Positions 29,854-44,210 of a stretch of 64,000 nucleotides of DNA are shown here, in pieces. The first letter of the stretch is position 1. Each line of letters opens with the position of its first letter. Made by a program: the position numbers and the translations under genes. This stretch comes from Alphaproteobacteria bacterium. GTDB lineage: Bacteria; Pseudomonadota; Alphaproteobacteria; UBA2966. Location of the stretch: the NCBI GenBank assembly GCA_964291395.2, contig OZ219856.1:1312001-1376000 (forward strand), given 5' to 3'. The notes below the pieces were generated by a model. The model saw nothing but the letters and a program-made list of their open reading frames with translations. It did not search any database and was not told where the DNA came from.

Positions 29854-30564
29854 GTGAGCGAGTACACGACGTTGCCGAAGGCCGACTTGGGCGAGGCGAG
29901 CCACATCGAAGTCGTCGAACAACTTCTGCAGGTCGACGGCCAGTACTTCGTCGATGTGGGGAGCGGGGACGGCGGGTTCGCATGCGCCCTCGCGGAGCGC
30001 GGGGCCAACGTGCTTGCGATCGAACCGGACGAGCGGCGGACTCCGCCTGAACTTCCTTCGGCCATCCGCGATCGCGTGACGTTCAAGCTGGTCGGCGGGG
30101 AGGCCATTCCGCTCGAAGATGGGAAAGCGAACGGCGTCTTCTTCAACCGGTCTCTCCACCACGTACTTCCAGAACTCATGGATCAGGCTCTCTCGGAGGC
30201 GCGACGTGTCCTGACCCCCGACGACGGTTTCCTGTATGTGGTGGAACCCGACATGTCGGGGACTTGGTCCAAACTTCTGAAACCCTTTCACGACGAGACC
30301 GAAGTTCGCCGCCTCGCCATCGAAGCTCTGGACCGTACGGCTTCGCGGCTGTTCGCCGGGGGGCATGAGTATTGGTACATGCTCTGGGTGCGCTTCAACG
30401 ATTTCGAGGAATTCGCGACGCGGCCCATGATGGCGAGGCTCCGCATTCCGGTGGAAGACGTCGAGACGCCCGAGGTCCGCTCCCTGTTCGATGCCGGCAA
30501 GGTGTCCAATGGATACGCGTTTTCGCAGGTTCTGCGGCTTCGTGTTTATCGAGGAGCGGCGTAA
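29854..30564 (+). CDS. Class I SAM-dependent methyltransferase
   Basis: VDVGSGDG motif I, AIEPD, SLHHV. GTG start with GGAGG SD. Confidence 0.85.
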   Translation: MSEYTTLPKADLGEASHIEVVEQLLQVDGQYFVDVGSGDGGFACALAERGANVLAIEPDERRTPPELPSAIRDRVTFKLVGGEAIPLEDGKANGVFFNRSLHHVLPELMDQALSEARRVLTPDDGFLYVVEPDMSGTWSKLLKPFHDETEVRRLAIEALDRTASRLFAGGHEYWYMLWVRFNDFEEFATRPMMARLRIPVEDVETPEVRSLFDAGKVSNGYAFSQVLRLRVYRGAA

Positions 30565-30587
30565 GGAAACCACGCGGCCGCGCGTTC

Positions 30588-32084
30588 GTGACGGATACCG
30601 AGATCGTGTCCAACCGTTCATCCTTTGATCTTCTGTCCGTCGATGAGATGTACGCCGCGGATCGGGCAGCGGTGGAGGGCGGGGTTTCCGGCACCACGCT
30701 GATGGAAGCGGCGGGGGCAGGCGTCGTGCGGGCGATAACGCGACGCTGGGCACCGAGGCCCACGGTCGTCCTTTGCGGTCCCGGCAACAATGGCGGGGAT
30801 GGATTCGTGATCGCTAGGCGGCTTCGGCAGGCGGGCGCCTGGGACGTTCGCCTTGCGCTGCTGGGGTCTCCGGACAGGTTGCACGGCGATGCGCGGGTCA
30901 TGGCGGACTCCTGGGACGGAGACGTGCTGCCGCTCGATCCGAAATCCACGGAGGGGGCAGCTTTGATCGTCGACGCTATCTTCGGCGCGGGCCTGTCCCG
31001 GGACATAGACGGCATCACACGGGCGACACTCGAGTCCGCCAATGCCGCCGACGCCGTGCGGGTGGCCGTTGACGTCCCAAGCGGCATTCACGGCGATACC
31101 GGTCACGAGTGCGGCTACTGTTTCCGGGCCGATCTGTCCGTCACGTTTTTCCGCAAGAAGCCGGGGCACGTGCTTCTCCCCGGACGCATGGTGTGCGGTG
31201 AGGTCGAGGTTGCCGACATCGGAATACCGGCTTCGGTTCTGGAAGCGGTCGCGCCGCGGGTGGCGGAAAACGATCCCGCGCTCTGGAGTCACCTCGTTCC
31301 GGTCCCCGGTCCCCAAACGCACAAGTATCGCCGAGGCCATGCCCTGATCGTCAGCGGCGGCCCGGAAAGCACCGGTGCCGCGCGCCTCGCCGCGCGGGCC
31401 GCGCTGCGCATCGGATCGGGGCTGGTTACGGTCGCATGCCCACCCGATTCCCTCATCGTGAACGCCTCCCAATTGACGGCCGTCATGACGGACAGCTTTG
31501 CCGGATCGCTTGAACTCAAGGAGGTTCTGGGTCGGCGGCGCCGGAACGCCGTGCTCCTCGGCCCGGGAAACGGTGTAACCAAGGCAACCCGCACGAACGT
31601 ACTAACGGCTCTTCAATCCCCCGTGGCCTGTGTGCTCGATGCCGACGCGTTGACCGTATTCGCCGATCAGAGGGACGTGCTTGGAACGGCGATCTCCGGT
31701 CTCTGTGTGCTGACGCCCCACGACGGTGAATTCACGCGCCTGTTTGGCGAGGCCTCGCAGGGACAGGGAAAAGTGGACGCCGTGCGCCAAGCTGCCGGAT
31801 CGGTCGACGCGGTGGTACTTCTCAAGGGTGCCGATACCGTCATTGCGTCGCCGGATGGGCGCGTTGTGATCAACGGCAACGCGCCTCCCGAGCTGGCGAC
31901 TGCGGGTACGGGTGACGTGCTGTCGGGTCTGGTCGTGGGATTGCTGGCCCAGGGCATGGAGCCGTTCGAGGCGGCTTCTGCCGCGGCATGGATGCATGGA
32001 GCCGCGGCGGAGATCGTCGGTCCTGGTTTGATCGCCGAGGACCTGTCCGAGGCGCTGCCTGACGTCTTGCGCGGCCTCCGGTAG
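30588..32084 (+). CDS. nnr: Bifunctional NAD(P)H-hydrate epimerase/dehydratase
   Basis: LMEAAG, GPGNNGGDG, DAIFGAG, HKYRRG, LDADAL, LTPHDGEF, LATAGTGDVL. Exact start uncertain. Confidence 0.92.
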   Translation: MTDTEIVSNRSSFDLLSVDEMYAADRAAVEGGVSGTTLMEAAGAGVVRAITRRWAPRPTVVLCGPGNNGGDGFVIARRLRQAGAWDVRLALLGSPDRLHGDARVMADSWDGDVLPLDPKSTEGAALIVDAIFGAGLSRDIDGITRATLESANAADAVRVAVDVPSGIHGDTGHECGYCFRADLSVTFFRKKPGHVLLPGRMVCGEVEVADIGIPASVLEAVAPRVAENDPALWSHLVPVPGPQTHKYRRGHALIVSGGPESTGAARLAARAALRIGSGLVTVACPPDSLIVNASQLTAVMTDSFAGSLELKEVLGRRRRNAVLLGPGNGVTKATRTNVLTALQSPVACVLDADALTVFADQRDVLGTAISGLCVLTPHDGEFTRLFGEASQGQGKVDAVRQAAGSVDAVVLLKGADTVIASPDGRVVINGNAPPELATAGTGDVLSGLVVGLLAQGMEPFEAASAAAWMHGAAAEIVGPGLIAEDLSEALPDVLRGLR

Positions 32085-32279
32085 CTCATCCTCGACTATT
32101 GAGCCGGACCAATGCCGTTTCACGCTTGATATATCGGGACTCGCGAAGGTCATCGATGATGCAGAGCGGTGCTTCCCGAGCGGGACTCATGTGAATCCGA
32201 TCTGGCGCCCAATCCTTCCGTACTGTAGAAGGTGGCGCAAATCCGGGACCCGAACGGGACCAGCTTGCTGGGCATTTGT

Positions 32280-32364
32280 GCGGCTGTGGTGGAACCGGTA
32301 GACACGCATGCCTTAGGAGCATGTGCCTCACGGCGTGGGGGTTCGAGTCCCTCCAGCCGCACCA
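32280..32364 (+). tRNA. tRNA-Leu (TAG)
   Basis: Acceptor GCGGCTG/CAGCCGC, anticodon loop CTTAGGA, long variable arm, GGTTCGAGTCC, ACCA end. Confidence 0.96.
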
Positions 32365-32436
32365 GATCGTCTTGGGGGTGCAGCCCTGAGACGGTCCGCG
32401 AGGTCTCTCGCGGCCATACCAATCGGGGACGAGAGC

Positions 32437-33792
32437 GTGATCGAAGTAACGGAAACCAGCGCGGAGGGCCTTCGGCACGAGTTTAAGGTCGTCGTCGAGA
32501 GCACCGCGATCGAGGAGCGCGTCGACGCCAAACTCGGTGAATTGGCCAACACGATATCCCTTCCTGGATTTCGTCCGGGCAAGGTGCCCCTGTCGCTCCT
32601 CAAGAAGCGCTACGGCAATGCCGTTATGGGCGAGGTCATCGAGGAGACCGTGAATGAGGGAGCACAGCGAGCTCTGTCCGACAAGGGCTTGCGTCCCGCC
32701 CTACAGCCCTCAATCGAGATCACGAAATTCGAGGAGGGCGGCGAGCTCGAATACACGCTCTCGGTCGAAGTACTCCCCGACATCGATCCGGATGATTTCT
32801 CGTCCATCGCGGTCGAACAGCTCCGGGCCAAGCCGACGGAGGAGGATGTCCAGGCGGATTTGAAATTGCTGGCAGAAGCCCAGACGACGTTCGAGACCGA
32901 GGAGAACCGAGAGGCCGAGTTGGGCGACGCCGTCGTCATCGACTTCGTTGGCCGGCAGGACGGCGTCGAGTTTGAAGGTGGTCGCGCCACGGACTTTCAA
33001 CTCGTCCTGGGGTCGCATGTCTTCTTCCCGGGGTTCGAGGATCAGCTCCTCGGCACGACCGCGGGTCAGCATCTCGATGTCGGCGTGACCTTTCCGGAGA
33101 CCCATCCAGCAGAAGATCTCGCGGGCAAGCACGCCGTGTTCGAAGTGGACGTCAAGGAGGTCAAGCGTCCCGAAGTGGCGGCCATGGATGACGAGCTGGC
33201 TACGAGGGTAGGCCTGGAAAACCTGGAAGAACTCAAGAAAGCGCTCTTGGACAAGATCAAGTCCGACTACGATCGGGTCTCGCGGGACCGGGTCAAACGC
33301 AAGCTCCTGGACGAACTTGCCGGCCGGTACGATTTCGAAGTACCCCCCGGACTCGTCGACGGCGAGTTCGATGCCATTTGGGGGCAAATCGGGGAGCGGA
33401 TCCTGAAGTCGCATGGGGAGGGAGAGGAGCCACAGGAGTCCGAAGAGAAGATGTCCGAAGAGGAGATGAAGGCGGAGTATCGGGAGATCGCCGAACGGCG
33501 GGTTCGGCTGGGATTGCTGCTGACGGAGGTCGGCAATCGCAACAATATTGAAGTGCACCAGGAGGAACTCAACCGGGCGATGGCGGAGCAGGCGCGGCGG
33601 TATCCTGGAAAGGAACATGAGATCGTTCAGGAACTTCGAAGTGATCCCGAGGCGATGAATCGGCTCCGCGCTTCCATCTTCGAGGACAAGGTTGTCGACT
33701 TTATTCTCGAGATGGTGAACGTCACCGAACGTGACGTGACACGGGATGAGCTATTTGATGAATCCGAGGACGGTGAGGAGCCATCTTCGTAA
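32437..33792 (+). CDS. tig: Trigger factor
   Basis: PGFRPGKVP signature, FKBP domain (IDFVG, FEGG, PGFEDQL), AERRVRLGL. Lies upstream of clpP. Confidence 0.95.
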   Translation: MIEVTETSAEGLRHEFKVVVESTAIEERVDAKLGELANTISLPGFRPGKVPLSLLKKRYGNAVMGEVIEETVNEGAQRALSDKGLRPALQPSIEITKFEEGGELEYTLSVEVLPDIDPDDFSSIAVEQLRAKPTEEDVQADLKLLAEAQTTFETEENREAELGDAVVIDFVGRQDGVEFEGGRATDFQLVLGSHVFFPGFEDQLLGTTAGQHLDVGVTFPETHPAEDLAGKHAVFEVDVKEVKRPEVAAMDDELATRVGLENLEELKKALLDKIKSDYDRVSRDRVKRKLLDELAGRYDFEVPPGLVDGEFDAIWGQIGERILKSHGEGEEPQESEEKMSEEEMKAEYREIAERRVRLGLLLTEVGNRNNIEVHQEELNRAMAEQARRYPGKEHEIVQELRSDPEAMNRLRASIFEDKVVDFILEMVNVTERDVTRDELFDESEDGEEPSS

Positions 33793-33886
33793 AGACATGC
33801 GGCGTCGTGCCCACGTCGCCTTTGAATTGAAACATCGAGCGACATTCCAACTATTGAAGCAGGACCAAACAAAGCGCGGGTTCACG

Positions 33887-34525
33887 ATGACGGATACCAG
33901 GATGCAGAGCCTCATACCGATGGTGGTCGAGCAGACCAATCGGGGGGAACGGGCGTACGATATTTACTCGCGGCTGCTCAAGGAGCGGATCGTGTTTCTC
34001 GCGGGCGCGGTCGACGACCATGTGGCGAGTGTGATCACGGCACAACTTCTTTTCCTCGAAGCCGACAATCCGGAGAAGGACATCGCCTTCTACATCAACT
34101 CCCCGGGTGGCATCGTATCGTCGGGTCTGGCGGTCTACGACACCATGCAATACATCCGCCCGGATGTCTCGACGCTCTGTTTCGGTCAGGCAGCCTCGAT
34201 GGGATCGCTGCTTCTCGCGGCCGGCGCCAAGGGAAAACGATATGCGTTGCCCAATGCGCGGGTGATGATCCATCAGCCTCATGGCGGCACCCAGGGCCAA
34301 GCGGCGGACATCGAGATCCATGCAAGAGAGATTCTGGCGTTGCGGGATCGGCTCAACGCCATCTACGCGGAACACACGGGCCAGGACCTCGACGTCATCG
34401 AACAGAACATGGACCGAGACAAGTTCCTGACTCCCGAGGAAGCTCAGGCCTTTGGAATCATCGACGAAATCGTGGTGCACCGTCCGGCGGCGCTCGATGC
34501 CGCCGGCGACGGCGGCGAATGCTGA
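33887..34525 (+). CDS. clpP: ATP-dependent Clp protease proteolytic subunit
   Basis: [30 protein letters not shown]. Confidence 0.97.
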   Translation: MTDTRMQSLIPMVVEQTNRGERAYDIYSRLLKERIVFLAGAVDDHVASVITAQLLFLEADNPEKDIAFYINSPGGIVSSGLAVYDTMQYIRPDVSTLCFGQAASMGSLLLAAGAKGKRYALPNARVMIHQPHGGTQGQAADIEIHAREILALRDRLNAIYAEHTGQDLDVIEQNMDRDKFLTPEEAQAFGIIDEIVVHRPAALDAAGDGGEC

Positions 34526-34773
34526 CCATCTCGGTCGCTTTGCGTCGACGGATTCCCTTACGCTTTGGTTAGGCCCGCGCGGCAGCCGGTAGTGTGTACC
34601 GCGACGCGCGGCGGGAACGTTTCGCCACGGGATGATCAACTACATATAAGGGACCACCCCGCCGTGCGCGCAAGATTTGCGTTGTGGATTGTAGATAGAA
34701 GTCGCTAACATGACGTGTTGGGCGCAGTGCCCGCGCACTGGTTGGGTTCGACCAACTAAGCCTCGGAGTTCCC

Positions 34774-36039
34774 ATGTCAAAGTCTGGCGGCGGCGATTCG
34801 AAGAACACCCTTTACTGCTCGTTCTGTGGAAAAAGTCAGCACGAAGTTCGCAAGTTGATCGCGGGCCCAACGGTTTTCATCTGTGATGAATGCGTTGAGC
34901 TTTGCATGGACATCATCCGGGAGGAGCATAAGAGCTCGCTCGTCAAGTCGCGCGACGGTGTGCCCACGCCGCACGACATCTGCAATGTTTTGGCTGACTA
35001 CGTGATCGGTCAGGACCACGCCAAGCGGGTGCTCTCCGTGGCGGTGCACAATCACTACAAGCGCTTGAATCACGGCAGCAAATCGAACGACGTGGAGCTC
35101 GCCAAGTCCAACATCTTGCTCATCGGTCCGACCGGTTGCGGGAAGACCCTGCTCGCCCAGACCCTGGCCCGTATCCTCGATGTGCCCTTCACCATGGCCG
35201 ACGCCACGACACTTACGGAAGCGGGCTACGTCGGCGAGGATGTCGAGAACATCATCCTCAAACTTCTGCAGGCGGCCGATTACAACGTGGAACGGGCGCA
35301 GCGGGGCATCGTCTACATCGACGAAGTCGACAAAATCAGCCGCAAGTCCGATAACCCGTCGATCACCCGCGACGTGTCTGGCGAGGGCGTGCAGCAAGCG
35401 TTGCTGAAGATCATGGAGGGAACCATCGCGTCGGTTCCACCGCAGGGCGGCCGCAAGCATCCGCAACAAGAATTTCTCCAGGTCGACACAACGAACATCC
35501 TGTTCGTGTGCGGCGGCGCGTTTTCGGGTCTCGAGAAGATCATTTCGGCGCGAGGCCAGTCGACATCCATCGGATTTGGTGCGGATGTCCGTACCCCCGA
35601 CGAACGGCAGATGGGCGAAATCCTCAAGCAAGTCGAGCCCGAAGATCTTCTCAAATTTGGTCTCATTCCGGAATTTGTCGGGCGCTTGCCGGTCGTTGCC
35701 ACGCTCGAGGACCTGGACGAGGACGCCCTCGTTGACATCCTCATGAAACCAAAGAATGCGCTCGTCAAGCAGTATCAACGGCTCTTCGAGATGGAAAGCG
35801 TCAAATTGACGTTCTCGGACGACGCCCTGCGTGCGATCTCGCGCAAAGCGATCAAGCGCAAGACTGGCGCCCGTGGTCTTCGTTCCATCATGGAGGGCAA
35901 TCTCCTGGACACCATGTTCGACCTCCCTGGTTTTGAAAGCGTGGAGGAGGTTGTCGTCAATTCCGAGGTTATCGAAGGTCGCGCCCAGCCGTTGCTCATA
36001 TACTCCGACCGTCGCAAAGATATGGAGACGAGCGCTTGA
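34774..36039 (+). CDS. clpX: ATP-dependent Clp protease ATP-binding subunit
   Basis: CSFCGK zinc finger, [19 protein letters not shown] loop, GARGLR. Confidence 0.98.
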   Translation: MSKSGGGDSKNTLYCSFCGKSQHEVRKLIAGPTVFICDECVELCMDIIREEHKSSLVKSRDGVPTPHDICNVLADYVIGQDHAKRVLSVAVHNHYKRLNHGSKSNDVELAKSNILLIGPTGCGKTLLAQTLARILDVPFTMADATTLTEAGYVGEDVENIILKLLQAADYNVERAQRGIVYIDEVDKISRKSDNPSITRDVSGEGVQQALLKIMEGTIASVPPQGGRKHPQQEFLQVDTTNILFVCGGAFSGLEKIISARGQSTSIGFGADVRTPDERQMGEILKQVEPEDLLKFGLIPEFVGRLPVVATLEDLDEDALVDILMKPKNALVKQYQRLFEMESVKLTFSDDALRAISRKAIKRKTGARGLRSIMEGNLLDTMFDLPGFESVEEVVVNSEVIEGRAQPLLIYSDRRKDMETSA

Positions 36040-36047
36040 GCGGACCG

Positions 36048-36076
36048 CTTGAATAGCGGTACCAATCGAGCCATGT
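36048..36076 (+). promoter_or_regulatory. Putative RpoH (sigma32) promoter of lon
   Basis: CTTGAA-N16-GCCATGT resembles the alphaproteobacterial RpoH consensus. It overlaps the inverted repeat ACCGCT-N5-AGCGGT. Confidence 0.55.
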
Positions 36077-36159
36077 ATGACGGGGGCGATGTGTGGCCGT
36101 GCGCTATATGCGAGGCGGCGATGCCGTGCTAGCCGACAATCAAAGGGAATGACTAGAAA

Positions 36160-38571
<2,412 letters not shown>

Positions 38572-38726
38572 GTCTGGGAAGTGTCGGAACCCGATAGCGG
38601 AAGCCATCCGGGCTCTCGCGTTTGTTTCGACGTACCTATTGGTGTGGCCGTTCCAGCCGACCCGCCCTTTAAGCCCGATTTGCAGCACAAACCGTAGAAC
38701 AAGCCGGGAATACTTGGTTTTTCTCT

Positions 38727-38755
38727 TTGACGGTGTGCTGGGCGCGTTCTACACT
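38727..38755 (+). promoter_or_regulatory. Putative sigma70 promoter of the HU gene
   Basis: TTGACG-N17-TACACT. Confidence 0.65.
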
Positions 38756-38828
38756 TTCGGCGCGTCGGAGACGCCGTCCTAGATTTCACTTACCCAAATT
38801 TCGGTAAACATGTGAGGGGGCCCCTATC

Positions 38829-39101
38829 GTGAACAAAAACGATCTCGTGGCTAGCGTAGCTAATGATTCAGGCCTCTCGAAGGCGGACGCGGCAAAGGCG
38901 GTCGACAGTGTGTTCGATACGATTTCAAAGGCGCTTTCGAATGGCTCGGATGTAAGGCTCGTCGGCTTCGGCACGTTCAGCGTTACCCAACGTCGCGCTT
39001 CTGAAGGCCGCAATCCACGGACCGGAGAGAGGATTCAAATTCCAGCTTCAAGGCAGCCCAAGTTCAAGGCGGGCAAGGCTTTGAAGAATGCTGTAAACTA
39101 G
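38829..39101 (+). CDS. hup: DNA-binding protein HU
   Basis: MNKNDLV, VGFGTF, GRNPRTGE, PKFKAGKALK. Confidence 0.97.
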   Translation: MNKNDLVASVANDSGLSKADAAKAVDSVFDTISKALSNGSDVRLVGFGTFSVTQRRASEGRNPRTGERIQIPASRQPKFKAGKALKNAVN

Positions 39102-39123
39102 CGACTTCCGAAGAAGGTATCTG

Positions 39124-39158
39124 ATGCCGGCCGCCCCTGTGGGCGGCCGGCGTTGTTT
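39124..39158 (+). terminator. Rho-independent terminator after HU
   Basis: GCCGGCCGCCC-CTGT-GGGCGGCCGGC followed by GTTGTTT. Confidence 0.75.
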
Positions 39159-39191
39159 CGTCTGCCAATCGGCTGCTAGGCTAGGCGTTTC

Positions 39192-39267
39192 GGGCGGTTA
39201 GCTCAGCCGGGAGAGCGCCACGTTTACACCGTGGAGGTCGGCGGTTCGATCCCGTCACCGCCCACCA
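39192..39267 (+). tRNA. tRNA-Val (TAC)
   Basis: Acceptor GGGCGGT/ACCGCCC, anticodon loop TTTACAC, GGTTCGATCC, ACCA end. Confidence 0.96.
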
Positions 39268-39360
39268 TTCGCCGCGACCTTGAGTGTCGGCGGGGCGATT
39301 CCTGCCTGATCGCTTGACTCCGTGAAACCCGTTGCAGTACACGGGTCCGGTTTCCACGTA

Positions 39361-39438
<78 letters not shown>

Positions 39439-39590
39439 CCACCGTATCGCAACCGGTTTGCGAAACCCGAGCGTCACTATAATATGTCCGCGTTTGCACA
39501 GGACGACGGTGGTATTTTGTTACGTCACCAGTCGCTGAGCGGACGCATTTTTTGTGGCTTGCACCTCTTTTGGTAGCCATGGCTGGCGGC

Positions 39591-39956
39591 ATGCAAGAAT
39601 TTATCGTCGAATACTTGCCAATACTTGTGTTTCTTGCCATTGCTGTTGGCATGGCCGTTGTCGCTGTGGCCGCCTCGTATGTTGCGGCACATCACTACCC
39701 GGACAGCGAGAAACTTTCGCCCTATGAATGCGGTTTCGAGGCCTTTAGTGATGCCCGTCGCCAATTCGATGTACGTTTCTATCTCGTCGCCCTGTTGTTT
39801 ATCATCTTTGATCTGGAAGTTGCCTTCTTGTTCCCTTGGGCGGTCGCGCTGGGAGAAATCGGAGTCTTCGGCTTTTGGTCAATGATGATCTTCCTCGTCA
39901 TTTTGACCGTCGGGTTCATCTATGAGTGGCGGAAAGGGGCTCTCGAATGGGAGTAG
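39591..39956 (+). CDS. nuoA: NADH-quinone oxidoreductase subunit A
   Basis: [35 protein letters not shown]. Confidence 0.96.
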   Translation: MQEFIVEYLPILVFLAIAVGMAVVAVAASYVAAHHYPDSEKLSPYECGFEAFSDARRQFDVRFYLVALLFIIFDLEVAFLFPWAVALGEIGVFGFWSMMIFLVILTVGFIYEWRKGALEWE

Positions 39957-40480
39957 TGGCAGCGCCGCGGTCATCAGATCACGACTTGGACGCGCCGTTC
40001 GATCGGATGTCGCAGGCCCTAAACGACAAGGGTTTTCTCGTTACCAAGATCGACGACGTGGCGAACTGGGCGCGAACCGGTTCCTTGTGGTGGATGACGT
40101 TCGGCCTCGCCTGTTGTGCGGTCGAAATGATGCACGCGTCGATGCCGCGGTACGATCTGGACCGCTTCGGCGTTGTTCCACGCGCCAGTCCGAGGCAGTC
40201 CGACTTGATGATTGTCGCGGGAACGCTCTGCAACAAAATGGCGCCCGCGTTGCGTAAGGTCTACGACCAGATGGCCGAACCTCGCTGGGTCATTTCGATG
40301 GGAAGCTGTGCCAACGGCGGCGGCTACTATCACTATTCTTACTCAGTCGTCAGAGGCTGCGACCGAATCGTACCCGTGGACATTTATGTTCCGGGCTGCC
40401 CGCCGACGGCCGAGGCGCTGGTGTATGGAATCCTGCAACTCCAGAAAAAGATACGCCGGACGGGAACGATCACCCGTTAG
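39947..40480 (+). CDS. nuoB: NADH-quinone oxidoreductase subunit B
   Basis: [27 protein letters not shown]. Confidence 0.97.
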   Translation: MGVVAAPRSSDHDLDAPFDRMSQALNDKGFLVTKIDDVANWARTGSLWWMTFGLACCAVEMMHASMPRYDLDRFGVVPRASPRQSDLMIVAGTLCNKMAPALRKVYDQMAEPRWVISMGSCANGGGYYHYSYSVVRGCDRIVPVDIYVPGCPPTAEALVYGILQLQKKIRRTGTITR

Positions 40481-40524
40481 CACGGGCCGACAGCGCAGAG
40501 CCTCTTTACGTAGTCACAGGGAAC

Positions 40525-41133
40525 ATGGACGAAGCGCTTTCCGAACTCGCGGAGTACATCGCGGGCGCCTTGCCGACCGAGGTCCTGACAACCGAAATCG
40601 AGTTCGACGAACTCACGGTGGTGGTGGGCCGCGAGTCGATTGTCAAGATCCTGACGTTCTTGCGTGATGATACGAACTGCGGCTTTCGCATTCTGATCGA
40701 TATCTGCGGCGTGGACTGGCCGGAGCGGGAGATGCGGTTTGACGTGGTCTACAATCTGCTCTCGCTCACGCACAATCAGCGCATACGGGTCAAGGTCCAA
40801 ACGGATGAGCGGCATCCCGTGCCGTCTGCAGCCGGTGTCTTCAGTTCGGCCGGCTGGTACGAACGCGAAGCCTGGGACATGTTCGGCATTATGTTCTCCG
40901 GACATTCCGACCTGCGCCGCTTGCTAACTGATTATGGGTTCGACGGCCATCCGCTCCGGAAAGACTTTCCCCTTACCGGACATGTCGAGCTTCGTTATGA
41001 CGACGAGGAAAAACGTGTCGTCTACGAGCCCGTATCACTGACGCAGGAATTTCGAACGTTCGATTTCCTGAGCCCATGGGAGGGCGCACAATACATCCTT
41101 CCAGGGGATGAAAAGGCCGAGGGCGAAGACTGA
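40525..41133 (+). CDS. nuoC: NADH-quinone oxidoreductase subunit C
   Basis: [23 protein letters not shown]. Confidence 0.96.
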   Translation: MDEALSELAEYIAGALPTEVLTTEIEFDELTVVVGRESIVKILTFLRDDTNCGFRILIDICGVDWPEREMRFDVVYNLLSLTHNQRIRVKVQTDERHPVPSAAGVFSSAGWYEREAWDMFGIMFSGHSDLRRLLTDYGFDGHPLRKDFPLTGHVELRYDDEEKRVVYEPVSLTQEFRTFDFLSPWEGAQYILPGDEKAEGED

Positions 41134-42311
41134 TGGCGGAAGTACAGATCAAGCCCTACACCATGAATTTCGGGCCGCAGCACCCGGCGGCGCATGGGGT
41201 TTTACGGCTTGTCATGGAGTTGGACGGCGAGATCGTGGAGCGCGCCGATCCACACATCGGCCTCCTGCATCGTGGCACCGAAAAGCTGATCGAGCATAAG
41301 ACCTACCTGCAGGCGATCCCATACTTCGATCGTCTCGACTATGTCTCGATGATGTGCCAGGAGCACGCCTTCGTGCTGGCCATTGAGAAGCTGCTGGGGC
41401 TCGAGGTGCCGGCGCGAGGCCAGTACGTGCGTGTGCTGTTCAGCGAGATCACACGGGTGCTCAACCATCTCCTGAACGTGACGACCCAGGGGATGGACGT
41501 CGGCGCAATGACACCGGTGCTGTGGGGCTTCGAGGAACGGGAGAAGCTGTTCGAGTTTTACGAGCGGGTCTCCGGCGCGCGCATGCACGCCGCATATTTC
41601 AGGGTCGGAGGCGTACACCAGGATCTCCCGGCCGGTTTGACAGACGATATTGCAGACTGGGTGGAAAGATTTCCCGTGGTCATCGACGACATCGAAAATC
41701 TGCTGACGGAGAATCGAATCTTCAAGCAGCGCAATGTCGATATCGGTGTCGTAACGGCGGAACAGGCGATGGATTGGGGCTTCACGGGGGTCATGCTGCG
41801 TGGCTCTGACGTCGCGTGGGACTTGCGTAAGGCCCAGCCCTACGAGGTCTATTCGTCGATGGAATTCGACATCCCCATTGGCAAGAACGGCGACTGCTAC
41901 GACCGCTACCTCTGCCGGGTCGAGGAGATGCGCCAAAGTGTACGTATCATCAAGCAGTGTCTTGAGCGGCTTCCCGATGGTCCCGTGACCACGACCGATA
42001 ACAAAGTTGTGCCGCCGAAGCGGGAGGAAATGAAATCCTCCATGGAAGCTCTCATCCATCATTTCAAGCTGTACACGGAGGGCCACCACGTGCCGGCCGG
42101 CGAGACCTACACCGCCGTCGAGGCGCCCAAGGGTGAATTCGGAGTCTATCTCGTGTCGGACGGGACAAATTCGCCTTATCGATGCAAGATCCGCGCGCCC
42201 GGATTCCCGCATCTCCAGGCACTGGACTTCATGACGCGCGGACACATGCTCGCCGACGCGGTGGCGATCATCGGGACGCTGGACATCGTATTTGGTGAGA
42301 TCGATCGATGA
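41133..42311 (+). CDS. nuoD: NADH-quinone oxidoreductase subunit D
   Basis: [31 protein letters not shown]. Confidence 0.98.
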   Translation: MAEVQIKPYTMNFGPQHPAAHGVLRLVMELDGEIVERADPHIGLLHRGTEKLIEHKTYLQAIPYFDRLDYVSMMCQEHAFVLAIEKLLGLEVPARGQYVRVLFSEITRVLNHLLNVTTQGMDVGAMTPVLWGFEEREKLFEFYERVSGARMHAAYFRVGGVHQDLPAGLTDDIADWVERFPVVIDDIENLLTENRIFKQRNVDIGVVTAEQAMDWGFTGVMLRGSDVAWDLRKAQPYEVYSSMEFDIPIGKNGDCYDRYLCRVEEMRQSVRIIKQCLERLPDGPVTTTDNKVVPPKREEMKSSMEALIHHFKLYTEGHHVPAGETYTAVEAPKGEFGVYLVSDGTNSPYRCKIRAPGFPHLQALDFMTRGHMLADAVAIIGTLDIVFGEIDR

Positions 42312-42901
42312 GCAAGGAGCGCGCCAGCTTTGAGTTTACCCAGGCTCTCCGGACGGAGGCCGACAAGATCATCGCCAAGTATCCGAAAGGGCGGCAGACG
42401 AGCGCCGTCTTGCCCGTTCTGGATCTCGTTCAACGGCACAACGGAGGCTGGGTGACCACGGAGATGGTCAGCGCGGTCGCCGAGTATCTGGATATGGCGC
42501 CCATACGTGTCTACGAGGTCGCGACCTTTTACACGATGATAAACCTGGAGCCCGTCGGCGAGACCCTGGTGGAGGTCTGTACAACGACGCCTTGCTGGCT
42601 CCGGGGATGCGATGAAATCGTTCAGGCCTGTGAGGAAACGCTGGGCATCGGACTGGGCGAAACCGGGGTGGACGGCAAGTTCACGCTGCGAGAGGTCGAA
42701 TGCCTCGGAGCCTGCGTAAATGCTCCCGTGATCCGGATCAACGACGATTACTACGAAGATCTCGATCCTCACCGTACCCGCGCGGTGCTGGAGTTGATTT
42801 CGCGCGGTGCAACCCCACCACCGGGATCGCAGACGGGGCGCAAGACCTCGGCTCCGGCAAGCGGACCAACCACCTTGGGCGCACGCGCCGGGAGTTTCTG
42901 A
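42308..42901 (+). CDS. nuoE: NADH-quinone oxidoreductase subunit E
   Basis: CTTTPC...ECLGAC 2Fe-2S ligands. Confidence 0.96.
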   Translation: MSKERASFEFTQALRTEADKIIAKYPKGRQTSAVLPVLDLVQRHNGGWVTTEMVSAVAEYLDMAPIRVYEVATFYTMINLEPVGETLVEVCTTTPCWLRGCDEIVQACEETLGIGLGETGVDGKFTLREVECLGACVNAPVIRINDDYYEDLDPHRTRAVLELISRGATPPPGSQTGRKTSAPASGPTTLGARAGSF

Positions 42902-44202
42902 TGCTCGACGACGAAGATCGCATCTTCACGAACCTTTACGGCCTGGAGGATTGGAGGCTTGCCGGTGCGCGGGCGAGGGGCGATTGGGACGATACCAAGG
43001 CGCTCCTTGAAAAGGGGCGGGACGAGATCATCCAGGAGATCAAGGATTCCGGCTTGCGGGGCCGGGGAGGCGCTGGCTTCCCCGCGGGTTTGAAGTGGTC
43101 CTTCATGCCCAAGGAATCCGACGGCCGTCCCTCCTATCTCGTGGTCAATGCCGACGAAGGCGAGCCCGGAACATGCAAGGATCGGGACATCCTGCGGCAT
43201 GATCCACATAAACTCGTGGAAGGATGTCTAGTCGCCGGATTCGCGATGGGCGCCTGTGCGGCCTACATCTATACACGCGGCGAATTTCATCGAGAGATTC
43301 AGAACCTGCAGACGGCCATCGACGAGGCGTACGACGAAGGCCTGATCGGCAAGAACGCTTGCAATGCAGGTTATGACTTCGACGTCTACGTCCACCCCGG
43401 CGCCGGCGCTTACATCTGCGGCGAGGAGATGGCCCTCATCGAGAGCCTTGAGGGCAAGAAAGGGCAACCGCGGCTTAAGCCTCCCTTCCCGGCGGCGGTC
43501 GGCGTATGGGGTTGCCCCACGACCGTCAACAACGTCGAGACGATTGCCGTCGCGCCCGAGATTCTTCGGCGGGGATCCTCTTGGTTCGCGGGACTCGGGC
43601 GTCCCAACAATACGGGAACCAAGATCTTCTGCATCTCTGGGCACGTCAACGAACCCTGCAACGTCGAGGAAGAGATGGGCATCCCCATGCGTGAGCTGAT
43701 CGAGAAGCATGCCGGCGGCGTGCGGGGGGGATGGGACAACCTGCTCGCCGTGATTCCCGGCGGCGCGTCGGTGCCGGTGATTCCCAAGTCGGTCTGTGAC
43801 ACGGTGCTGATGGATTTCGACTCGCTGAAGGATGTCAAGTCGGGCCTGGGAACGGCGGCGGTCATCGTCATGGACAAGTCTACGGATATCGTCAAGGCGA
43901 TCGCTCGATTGTCCAAGTTCTACATGCATGAAAGCTGTGGACAGTGCACGCCCTGCCGAGAAGGCACCGGCTGGATGTCCCGGGTGATGGACCGTCTGGT
44001 CGAGGGCCGGGCGGAGGTCGCGGAGATCGATCTTCTCGAAGAAGTCACGTACCAAATCGAAGGCCACACGATCTGCGCGCTGGGAGATGCGGCGGCATGG
44101 CCCATCCAAGGATTGATCCGCCATTTCCGGCCGGAATTGGAGCGACGCATCGTCGAGCACATGTTGTCCGACGAAGGCGCCTCGACGGAAGCGGCGGCTT
44201 AG
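42901..44202 (+). CDS. nuoF: NADH-quinone oxidoreductase subunit F
   Basis: [37 protein letters not shown]. Confidence 0.97.
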   Translation: MLDDEDRIFTNLYGLEDWRLAGARARGDWDDTKALLEKGRDEIIQEIKDSGLRGRGGAGFPAGLKWSFMPKESDGRPSYLVVNADEGEPGTCKDRDILRHDPHKLVEGCLVAGFAMGACAAYIYTRGEFHREIQNLQTAIDEAYDEGLIGKNACNAGYDFDVYVHPGAGAYICGEEMALIESLEGKKGQPRLKPPFPAAVGVWGCPTTVNNVETIAVAPEILRRGSSWFAGLGRPNNTGTKIFCISGHVNEPCNVEEEMGIPMRELIEKHAGGVRGGWDNLLAVIPGGASVPVIPKSVCDTVLMDFDSLKDVKSGLGTAAVIVMDKSTDIVKAIARLSKFYMHESCGQCTPCREGTGWMSRVMDRLVEGRAEVAEIDLLEEVTYQIEGHTICALGDAAAWPIQGLIRHFRPELERRIVEHMLSDEGASTEAAA

Positions 44203-44210
44203 GAGTCCCC

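Noticed and set aside
33821-33855. Possible RpoH promoter before clpP
   Set aside because: A TTGAA -35-like motif is present, but the -10 match is too weak to call.
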